In this document: one piece after another, positions 41,457 through 54,025 of the stretch
How the letters are laid out: the number at the start of each line of letters is the position of its first letter
Numbering within the stretch: the first letter of the stretch is position 1
Assembly: GCF_009914755.1 (NCBI RefSeq)
Contig: NC_060937.1
DNA from: the human T2T-CHM13v2.0 reference genome, Homo sapiens
Strand: one strand, 5' to 3'
Length of the DNA: 64,000 nt
Translations under genes and position numbers: made by a program
The notes under the pieces: generated by a model
The model's input: only the letters and a program-made list of their open reading frames with translations
Told to the model about the DNA's origin: nothing
Databases searched by the model: none

Positions 41457-41479
41457 CACACACACACACACATACACAC
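41457..41479. repeat. (CA)n microsatellite
   Basis: cacacacacacacacatacacac. Confidence 0.85.
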
Positions 41480-44063
41480 TGAAAGGATACTTTGAAGAGA
41501 AGCATTCTATACCCTTTGGTGAACAATTCATACTCATAACTCAGTTCCTACAGAAACTGATATATTCACAATGCCAGAAGTTCCCACTTACATTGCAAAG
41601 GCAGACAAGCTGACCTATTATTTTAAGGTTTGAGGGTTGTTGCAGAAGGACTCTATTTTCTTAAAAGTATTTTCCTTTTATATTGAAATCATTCAGTTAT
41701 TTCTTGGATTAGTTATCCTTTTTCTAAGAACGTCTATAAATTTAAGATACCCCCAGGTAGTGTTCTTATTTGTTTCCATCCATTTTTATTTAGGGTACAG
41801 AATTATTATCATACACTTCAAAAATTATCCAGAAATAAGAGTTCCATGTCCTGAAGCATCTAGCGTTAAGACAATTTTTGGATATAAGAAAGTACCATCT
41901 AGTCATCACCTCATAACACCCACTAATGACAATAGAGACCATTACAAACTTTGCAAAAACTTTTCTAATAAAAAGTAGTGCTGTTAGTTGAGATTTAAAC
42001 TTTCTTAGCTAAAGGTCTGTTTTTTATAACATCATTATTTTTAAATGTCTACATTTATGTTGTAGTTTTGTATCACTACATTGTTGACCATACCTTAAGT
42101 CTTAAATGGTATTTATCGTGGTTCTCAGTGTTAGCAAATAGACAAGGATGAAAAACTTCCTCCAAAATAATAGAAGAGAAAACAATGATTTTATCTAGAT
42201 AGATTCCAAACTCAGAGCACCTGTGTTCTTCTTACCCATTCAGTTCATTACAGCTCCTCTTTTTTTATGTGCTGTGAAAAGCTAATACAATTTAGTTAGT
42301 TTTTGGCTCTGGTTATTTATAGATCATCATTTCATGCAAATTCTTCTGCGACAACAATCATTATCATTCTCACCATAAACTTTTTAAAAGATCATGTGAT
42401 TTGTGCTGCTTTGCCCTCTACAGAGTAGATTATTGGAGGACAGGATCTGGTTTGCTTTGTTATCATCTCTGTTTCTTTTTTAATAATCAGCAATGCTACC
42501 CCAGTTATCTCTCACATAATAAGAATTTAATTAATACGTCCAAGAAATGGGAGCACTCTTGAAAAGTTTCATTCCGCATTTGTTTTCAATAGACCTACAT
42601 CTCAACTGTTACAGAGGCTGTTTTCTAATTGTCAAAATCACTCCCCAATAAATTTCTAAGAAACAAAAGCATTTTACTTCTAATTCAGTAAAGAACTGAC
42701 TAAAGAAAATTGTTAATTCAATTTATTTGTTATTATATTTTTACAAATCTAATATATGCTAAAAATGAATCTATTATGTTTTAGTCTTTTCAATTTATGC
42801 TTCTAGTTTTTACTTATGTGCAAGCTTTTCTATTTACGTTTGTGTTCTTATTTATGTATGTGCATAATAGAAAGCAAAATGTATTGTACGCTTTCAATGA
42901 TATTTATGTTACCTTTACACTAACTAGCTATTGAAAAAATGAAGAAAGAAATGCCTTAAAATGTAGCAAAGGGAAATGGAGAAAATGTGAAAAAGGATAA
43001 ACAAAGTGGAAAGCTATGTACTTTGCTTGGGAGGCTCATATAGACATATAATATATAACCTCACAGCACCTGACAAGCATAGTTGACCATTTTTACCGAA
43101 ATGTCTCTAATTATTAACAAACTGGTTTTTCAGTTAGAAAAGAATGCTTACCATCAAAACCAAAACTATATATGTATTAAGTAGTAGAATACTCTACAAT
43201 GAACAAAAGATTATATTTAGTATTCTTCCACAAGTTTATTTCTTTTTTTATACAAGTAATATTAGAAACTTTAAACAAGTTTTGTTTGGGCATTTATATT
43301 TACTTTAGACATACTAAGGTAAAAGGAAAAACAATTATAAATTATATCTTAATATATTTCTTTCATTTAAAAAAATCTTAAATGAAGTTTTTGAGCATGG
43401 AGATAATTTTGTTCTAAATTGTACACAAATGCTTTAGGGTAGGGTCCCCTCTACCTTGTTGGCATTCTCAGGAGAATGCAATGCTGTGGGGATCTCTAGG
43501 AACAAAACAAGCTTCCTGAGGACTATACCATTCCATAGGACTTTCCCAGTAGAGTAAAACAATATCATTCTATGCTTGCAAACTAGCTCACCACATCAAG
43601 GAAAATAAAATATGAAAAGAATACCATGTCTTAAATGTAACTGGAAAACACCTACAACTGTCTGCCAAAAGTTATAAAGGGCCACCAGGTGCAATGAATG
43701 TTAGTGTTGGTTGAGGAAGGAAGCTAGGCTCTCATGATTACCAAAAGTCTGTCATGCTCATCCAAAAGAGCCAAACCAAATCCTCCTGAAATTGAAGAGT
43801 TAAGATCTGGGTTAAAGGAGAAACAGAGATAATTTTTTAATGTATTTCTTGAAGTAAACTGATATAAAATGATGAAGGAAAATAAGTCCAATTAGCCATG
43901 ACCATTAAAGCTGGTGGTTCTGACGAGTGAAAGATATTCTATAAATCAATTCACAAAAGAACCTAATTGGCAATATTTTCCAATTAAAGCAAATGATCTG
44001 CTTTTGTTGACTGGAGACACAGGGAATAATATATAAAGATGATGTATAAGAAACATGAAGGTA

Positions 44064-44454
<391 letters not shown>

Positions 44455-44457
44455 CTA

Positions 44458-44882
<425 letters not shown>

Positions 44883-45657
44883 TTGTAATACAATTGAGTC
44901 CATCTTTTTCCTTTAGGTAAAAGAGACAGCAGATAAAAAGAGTATAGTATCTGGAGGTTGTTGAGGAAACAATTGGCAATCTAGAGTTTGATGCTCAAGC
45001 AAGATATCATTCAAGATTGATTCAAAATAAAGTTATTTTCAGACTTACAACAAACATTTAATTATTTATATTTATATTATATAAAATGGACTTCCTAAAG
45101 TATAAACTTGAGTTCACAATGATGTTGTGTTTGGAAGCAACACTATGGGTAAAAGAAAAACCTGTTGATACGTTTCAATAATATAGACCCTGAAAAACAC
45201 TAACAGTAGCATTTAGCTTATTTAAAGTCAAACAGAAACAGAAGAACCATAAATTCACAACAGGAAGGTTTCAGCTATTAAAGAAAAATTTACAACAAAT
45301 GCACTTAGAATCACTATCTAAGGAGTCAGTAAAGGAAGAGAGACAGAGACAGAAGACACACACAGATTTAGAAAGAGGCAGAAAAAGAGAGATAGTAATT
45401 TTACTCTCCAAAAGCTATAATTAAAAAGTCTTCAATTGTCAAGACAATCCTCCCTCTCTTCATCAGTTAAGAAGATGTAACAAGTACATTTCAAAAATTA
45501 CTTTGAACAGACAAACCCTATCCCATACGAGCTATTAACAATCATAAGAAGAAAGCAGCACAAAACAATTTTAACTTTATATTGAACTTTAACATACATG
45601 CAGAAACATTTACATGTCACAATTAATAAATAGCATAAGCTGAGTAGAATTTATATT

Positions 45658-46356
45658 TACCTGTGACCACCTCTCTTATTTGCCTTAAATGTGAATGATT
45701 TCTCTCCATAAATAAAATACCGGGGAAAAAATAAATAAATAAAAATGTGCACACCACAGGGGAATGAAAAAGCACCAAGAGACCTCTGCCATCCAAATCC
45801 CATAAGAGGCAGTGAACTTGCTCACACACCAAACACATTGGTGCTACAACCAGCATCTGAGAAAGCCATCGTATGAAGACTCTATATCCAAGGAATTCAT
45901 ACAGTCTTCATCCCTGAAAGCACCAAGAGCCAAATTAGGCTACAATAAACTATCAATATTAAAGTTATATTCTTAAGGGGGAAAATTTAAAAAAAACACA
46001 GTCATATCAAAAATAAATTCAGGAATAATTAGAAAAAAATAGTATACTCAAATGAGAAGAAACCAGAAAAATAATTCTGGTAATATGAGAGAGTTCTATA
46101 ACACATCTAAAAGATCATCCTAACCCTCCAGCAGTGGATTCAAACCAAGATAAAATCTTTGAAATACCAGATAAAGAACTTAAAAAGGTGGATTAAACTA
46201 CTCAAGGAGACACCAGAGAAAGGTGAAAAAACATACAGAATTTAAAAACAATTCAGAATGTGTGTAAAAAATTTCTAAAGAGAGATATTTTAAAGAAAAT
46301 CCAATCAGAACTTCTAGAAATACAATAGACACTTAGGGAATAACAATATGCAGTGG
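45658..46356 (+). mobile_element. Older L1 (L1PB/L1MA-era): end of 5'UTR and start of ORF1
   Basis: caaccagcatctgagaaagcc...gagccaaattaggctacaataaac, then atgagaagaaaccagaaaaataattctggtaatatg (ORF1 start MRRNQKNNSGNM). Confidence 0.7.
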
Positions 46357-49300
46357 ATTTTTTTTATTTAACATTAATTTTAAGTTCTGGGTACATGTGC
46401 AGGATGTGCAGGTTTGTTACATAGGCAAACGTGCGCCATGGTGATTTGCTGCGCAGATCAACCTATCACCCAGGTATTAAGTCCATCATCAATTAGTTAT
46501 TCTTCCTGATACTCTCCCTTGTCCCACCCCCTCCAACAGGCCCCAAAGTGTTTTGTTCCCCTTACATGTGTCCATGTGTTCTCAACCTTCAGTTCCCACT
46601 TATAAGTGAGAACATGCATTATTTTATTTTCTGTCCCTGTTAGTTTGCTGAAGAAAATGGCTTCCAGTTCCATCCATGTCCCTGCAAAAGACATAATTTA
46701 TTCCTTTTTATGGCTGCATAGTAGTCCATGGTGTATATGTACCACATTTTCTTTATCCAGTCTATCACTGAGGGGCATTTGAGCTGATTCCATGTCTTTG
46801 ATGTTTGTGAATAGTGCTGCAGCAAACATATGTGTGCCTATATCTTTATAAAAATTATATTTATTTGGGTATACACCCAGTAATTAGATTGCTGGATCAA
46901 ATGGTATTTCTGATTCTAGATCTTTGAGAAATTGCCACATTGTCTTCCACAATTGTTGAACTAATTTATATTCCCACCAACAGTGTAAAAGCATTCCTTT
47001 TTCCTCTGCAATCTCACCAGCATCTGTTCTTTCTTTACTTTTTAAAATTGCATTCTGACTAGCGTGTGACGCTATCTCATTGTGGTTTAGATTTGCATTT
47101 CTCTAATGATAGTGATGTTAAGCTGTTTTTCATGTTTCTTGGCTGCATAAATGTCTTCTTTTGAGAAGTATCTGTTCATGTCTTTTGCCCACATTTAATG
47201 GAGTTGTCTTATTCTTGTAAATTTGTCTCTTATGGGATTGGGATGGCAGAGGTCTCTTGAAGGTTTTTCATTCCCTTGCAGTGTGCACATTTTTATTTAT
47301 TTATTTTTCCACAGTATTTTATTTACTGAGATAAATCCTTCACACTTCAGGCAAATAAGGGAGGTGGCCACAGGTACAAACTGGCTGTGGCTAAAGCACG
47401 TTGTTAAATGCAGTACTCAAATTCTTGTAAATATCCTTGTATACTCTGGATGTTAGAACTTTGTTAGATAGATTGCAAAAATTTTCTCTCATTCTGTAGA
47501 TTGTGTGTTCACGCTGATGACAGTTTCATTTGCTGTGCAGAAACTCTTTAATTTGATTAGATTCTATTTGTTAATTTTTGCTTGTGTTGTTACTGCTTTT
47601 GGTGTTTTCATCATGAAATCTTTGCCAATGCCTATGTCCTGAATAGGATTGCCTAGATTTGCTTCTAGGGTTTTTATAGTTTTGGGTTTTACATTTAAGT
47701 TTTTAATCCATCTTGAGTTAATTTTTGTATAAGGTGTAAGGATGGAGCTCAGTTTCAATTTTCTCCATATGGCTAGCCAGTTCTCCTAGCATCATTTATT
47801 AAACAGGGAATCCTTTCCCCGTTGCTTTTCTCAGGTTTGTCAAAGATCAGATGGTTTTACACATGAGGTTTTACATGTGAGGTCTAATTTCTGAGTTCTC
47901 TATTCTGTTCCATTGGTCTGTGTGTCTGTTTTTGTATCAGTACCATGCTGTTTGGTTACTGTCACCTTGTAGTGTAGTTTGAGTAGCATGATGCCTCCAA
48001 ACTTAATCATTTTACTTAGGTTTGTCTTCACTATACAGGCTCTTTCATGAATTTTAAATTAGTTTCTTCTAATTATGTGAAGAATGTTAATGGTAGTTTT
48101 TAGGAATAGCACTGAATCTATAAATTATTTTGGGCAGTATGGACATTTTAACTTTATTGATTTTTCTTATCCATGAGCATGAAATGTTCTTCCATTTGTT
48201 TCCTCTGTGACTTCCTTGAGCAGCGGTTTGTAGTTCTCCTTGAAGAGGTCCTTCACTTCTCTTGTTAGCTGCATTCACAGGTATTTTATTCTCTTAGTAG
48301 CAACTGTGAATGAGAGTTTGTTTACAATTTGGCTCTCTGCATGCCTGTTGTTGGTGTATAGGAATGCTAGTTATTTCTTCACATTGATTTTGAATCCTGA
48401 GACTTTTCTGAAGTTGCTTTTCAGCTTAAGAAGCTTTTGGGCTGAGACTATGGGGTTTCTACACATAGGATTATGTCATCTGCAAACAAAGATAATTTGA
48501 CGTTTAATTTTATTGAAGGCCTTTTCTGTGCCTATTGAGATAATCATGCAGTTTTTGTCTTTATTTCTGTTTATGTGACTAATTACATTTATTGATTTGC
48601 AGATGTTGAACCAACTTTGCATCCCAGGGATGAAGCCAACTTGATTATGGTGGATAAGCTTTTCATTATGCTGCTGGATTCGGTTTGCCAATATTTTATT
48701 GAGGATGTTTGCATTGATGTTCAGCAGGGATATTGGCCTTAAGTTTTATTTTCATGTTGTATCTCTGCCAGGTTTTTGTATCAGGATGATGCTGGCCTCA
48801 CAAAGTGAGATAGAGAGGAGTCCCTCCATTTTAATTGTTTGGAATAGTTTTAGTAGAAATGATACCAGCTCCTCTTTGTTCTTCTGGTAGAATTGTGCTG
48901 TAAATTCATCTGGCCCTGGGCTTTTTTTAGTTGGTAGGCTATTTATTAGTGCCTCAATTTCAGAACTCATTATTGGTCTATATGAGGATTCAATTTCTTC
49001 CTGGTTCAGTCTTGGGAGGGTGTATGAGTTTGGGAATTTATCTGTTTATTCTAGGTTTTCAAGTTTATGTGCATAGAGGTGTTTACTATATTATTTGATG
49101 GTTTTTGTCTTTTTGTGGGGTCATTGGTGAAATACCACTTATCATTTCTTATTGTGTCTATTTGATTTTTTTCTCTTTTCTTATTTACTAGTCTAGCTAG
49201 TGGTCTATTTAATTTATTGTATCTAAAAAAAACAAGCTCCTGGATTCATTAATTTTAAAGGGTTTTTCGTGTCTCTCTCTCCTTCAGTTCCACTTTGATC

Positions 49301-52300
49301 TTGGTTATTTCTTGTCTTCTGCTAGTTTTGGGGGAGGTTTGCTCTTGATTGTCTGGTTTAGTTATGATTTTAGGTTGTCACTTTGTGACCCTTCTAGTTC
49401 TTGATGTGAGCATTTAGTGCTATACATTTTCCTCTTAACGCTGTTTTAGCTCTGTCCCAGATGTTTTGTTATGTTGTCTCTTTGTTCTTATTAGTTTCAA
49501 ATAACTTCTTGATTTCTGCCTTAATTTTATTATTTACTTAGAAGTCATTCAGGAGCAGGTTGTTCCATTTCCATGTAATTGTGTGGTTTTGAGTTAGTTT
49601 TTTAATCTTGAGTTCTAATTTGATTGTGCTGTGATCTGACAGACTGTTTATTATTATTTCAGTTCTTTTGAATTTGCTGAGAAGTGTTTTACTTCCCATT
49701 TGTGATCAATTTTAGAGTAAGTGCCATGTGATAATGACAAGAATGCACACTCTGTTGTTCTTGAGTGGAGAGTTTTATAGGTATCTCTCAGGTCCCCTTG
49801 AGCCAGAGCTGAGTTCAGGTGCTGAATATCTTTATTTTCTGTCTCTGTGATCTGTCTAACATTGTCAGTGGAGTGTTAATACATCCGATTATTATTGTGT
49901 GGGAGTCTACATATATATATATATACATATATATATATACACATATACATATATATATACACACACACACACATATATATATATACCCAATAAAGGAACA
50001 CCCAGACTCATGAAGCAAGTTCTTAGAGATGTACAAAGAGATTTATATATATATATTTATATATATATTTATACATATATTTATATATATATATTTATAT
50101 ATTTATACATATATTTATATATATATATTTATATATTATATATTTATATATATTATATTATATATATTTATATATATTATATATTTATATATATAATATA
50201 TTTATATATATATATTATATATATAAATATATTATATATATAAATATATTATATATATATTTATATATATAATATATATATATAATATATATATTATATA
50301 TATTATATATAATATATATATTATATATAATATATTATATATATTATATATATTTATATATATATTATATATATAAATATATTTATATATATATTTATAT
50401 ATAAATATATTTATATATATTATATATATTTATATATAAATATATTTATATATATATTTATATATATATAAATATATTTATATATATATTTATATATAAA
50501 TATATTTATATATATTATATATATTTATATATATATAAATATATATATATATATTTATATATATAAATATATTTATATATAATATATATATATTTATATA
50601 TATTATATATATAAATATATTTATATATATATTATATATTATATATATTATATATAATATATATTATATATATATTATATATATTATATATAATATATTA
50701 TATATATTATATATATTATATATAATATATATTATATATATAATATATATTATATATATAATATATAATATATATTATATATATATAATATATAATATAT
50801 ATTTTATAATATATAATATATATTATATATTATATATAATATATATTATATATTATAAAATATATATTATATATATAATATATAATATATATTATATATA
50901 AAATATGTATTATATATAATATATAATATATATTATATATATATTATATATAATATATATTATATATATATAATATATAATATATATTATATATAAAATA
51001 TATATTATATATTATATATAATATATATTATATATATTAATATATATTATATATTTATATATACAATATATATTTATGTATATATTTATATATATATTTA
51101 TATATATATAAATATTTATATATATTTAAATATATATATATTTATATATATTTATATATATATTTATATATATATAAATATTTATATATATATAAATATA
51201 TATATTTATATATATTTATATATATATTTATATATATATAAATATATATATATTTATATATATATAAATATATATATATTTATATATATATAAATATATA
51301 TATATTTATATATATATAAATATATATATATTTTTATATATATATATATATATTTAAATAAAATAGCTCTTCTTGTTTAATTGGTCCTTTTACCATTATG
51401 CAATACTCTCTTCGTCTTTTTTGATCTTTGATCTTTGCTTCCTTAAATCTGTTTTGTCAGAAACTAAAATTGCCACTTCCGCTTTTTCCTGTGCTCTAAT
51501 TGCTTGGTAAATTTTCCTCCATCCCTGTATTTTGAGTCTATGTGTGTCTTTGCACATGAGAGGTGTCTCTTGAAGACAGCACACCAATAGGGCTTTATTC
51601 TCTATTCAGCTTGCCATTCTGTGTCTTTTAAGTGGGTCATTTAGCCCATTTACATTTAAGGTTAATATTGTTATGTGTGATGTTGACCCTATATCATCAT
51701 GATGTTAGCTGATTATTTTGCAGACTTGTTTATGTAGTTGCTTTAGAGTGTCACTGGTCTGAGTATTTTAGTGTGTATTTGTAGTGGCTGGTAATGGTTT
51801 TCCAAGACAGACCTGGTGGTGACAATGTCCCTCAGCATTTGCTTGTCTGAAAAAGATCTCATTTTGCCTTCTCCTATGAAGCTTAGTTTGGCCGGATATG
51901 AAATTCTGAGTTGGAAATTATTTTCTTTAAGAATGTTGAATTTTGGCCCCCTATCTCTTCTTGCTTGTAGGGTTTCTCCTGAGAGGTCAGCTGTTAGTCT
52001 GATGGGCTTCCCTTTGTAGATGACTTGGCCTTTCTCTCTGGCTGCCCTTAACATTTTTTCTTTCATTTCAACCTTGGAGAATCTGATGATTATGTGTCTT
52101 CGGGTTGATCTTCTTGTGGAGTATCTTACTGATGTTCTCTGGATTTACTGAATTTGAATATTGACCTGTCTTTCTAGGTTGGGGAAGTTCTCCCAGATGA
52201 TATCCTGAAGTATATTTTCCAACTTGGTAAAAGATTAAAAGATTCACCCAATCTTTTTCAGTTACCCCAATTAATCACTGGGTCCATCTTTTTTCATAAT

Positions 52301-53688
52301 CCCATATTTCTTGAAGGTTTTGTTCCTTTTCATTCTTTTTTCTCTATTCTTGTCTTCCTGTCTTATTTCAGAAAGATAATCTTGAAGCTCTGAAATTCTT
52401 TCCTCTGCTTGGTTTATTCGGCTATTGGTACTTGTGACTGCACTATGAAGTTCTCGTGTTGTGTTTTTCAGCTCCATCAGGTGATTTATGTTCCTCTGTA
52501 AACTGGCTATTTTGATTACCAGCTTCTGTAATGTTTTACAATGATTCTTAGTTTCTTTGCACTGGGTGAGAACATGCTCCTTGAAATCAGTGAAGTTTGT
52601 TATTGTCACCTTCTGAAGCCTATTTCTGTCAATTTATCCATATCAGCCTCTGCCCAGTTCTGTGTCCTTGCTGGAGAGGTGTTGCAATCATTTGGAGGAG
52701 AAGAGGCATTCTGACTTTTAGAGGTTTCGGCATTGTTGTGTTGATTGTTTCTCATCTTTGTGGGCTTATCTCCCTTGGATCTTTGAGGTTGCTGACCCTT
52801 GAATGGGGTTTTGGTGAGGTCTTTTTTGTTGAAGCTGTTGCTGTTGCTTTGTGTTTGTTTGTTTTTCTTTAAACAGTCAAGCCCCTCTTCCATAGAGCTG
52901 CTGTGGTTTGCTGGGGGTCCACTCCAGACCCTAATCACCTCGGATCCTCCCACACCTGGCTGTATCACCACTGAAGGCTGCAAAACAGCAAATATGGCAG
53001 CCTGCTTCTTCCTCAGGGGGCTGTGTCTCAGTGGAGCACTGACTTGATGCTGGCCCAGATGCTCCTGTAGGATGTGTCTGGAGACCCCTGTTGGGATGTC
53101 TCACCTAGTCAGGAAAAACTGAATCAGGAACCATCTTAAAGAAACAATCTGGCTGTCCCTTGGCAGAGCAGGTGCACTGTGCATGGGGAATCCTCCTTAT
53201 TCAGACCACTAAGACTTTCCAGAGCAAGTAGGCAGGAAAGGCTGTCAGTTTCACTGCAGATATGGTGGCAGGTCTCCCCTTAGTGGCTCCGTCCCAGGGA
53301 GATATCAGCATTCTGTCCATAAAATTCTGGCTGAAGTTGCTGAAATTCTTGCAGAGAGGCCCCACCTGGTGAGTAGGAATGGATCAAGGTCCCACTTAAA
53401 GAATCAGTCTGTCCATGATCTGCCACAGTAGCTGTATACTGTGGTGTGGGGAATTCTGGTGTGGACTGTCCAGACTCCCCAGGGCTGGCAGGCCAAAACA
53501 ACCATCTTGAGCCACAGAGATGGCAGCTGCCCCTCCCCCTGGAAACTAGTTCATCTCAGGCAGTCTCCAGTCTGCTGCCACTGGCTGGCTTGTATTGCAA
53601 GTCAGTGGGTCTTAACTTGTGATGTGCCATGTGAATGGGTCCCACAGAAGAATGCTGCTTGGCTCCCTTGCTTCAGCCCCCTTTCTAG
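46357..53688 (-). mobile_element. Long L1PA11-like element (3'UTR, ORF2, ORF1 and most of the 5'UTR), defective, with internal deletion, insertion, micro-inversion and AT expansion
   Basis: 3'UTR gcagatcaacctatcacccaggtattaag; ORF2 remnants [39 protein letters not shown]; ORF1 MKEKMLRAAREKGQV and MRNNQHNNAETSKSQN. Confidence 0.92.
49909..51360. repeat. Large (TA)-derived AT-rich expansion enclosing a 60-bp inverted L1 segment
   Basis: (TA)/(CA) run 49909-49985; inverted L1 49986-50045; then ~1.3 kb with only about 7 G/C bases. Confidence 0.95.
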
Positions 53689-54025
53689 TGTTACTGTTGG
53701 TGTGTCTTGACTATGAGCCATCCAGGTTTTTGGTGTTTTGAACAAAGAGTTGAACAAAACACACAAAGCAATGAAAGAATAAAGCAACAAAAAGCAATGA
53801 AAGAATAAAGCAGATTTATTGAAACAAAAGTACACTCCACGGAGTGCGAGTGGGCTTGAGCAAGTGGCTCAAGAGCACTGGTTACAGAATTTTCTGGGAT
53901 GTAAATACCCTCTAGAGGTTTTCCATTGGTTACTTGGTTACAGCCTATGTAAGTGAAGGAGTGGCCCACAACCAGTCTTATTGGTGGTGGAAGGCAACCA
54001 ATAAGAGGCTGAAGTGAAAATACAA
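53689..54025 (-). mobile_element. Truncated MER51-like ERV1 LTR
   Basis: tgttactg...cttgactatgagccatccagg...aagtacactccac...aaataccctctagaggttttccattggtt; several CCAAT/ATTGG boxes. Confidence 0.75.
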
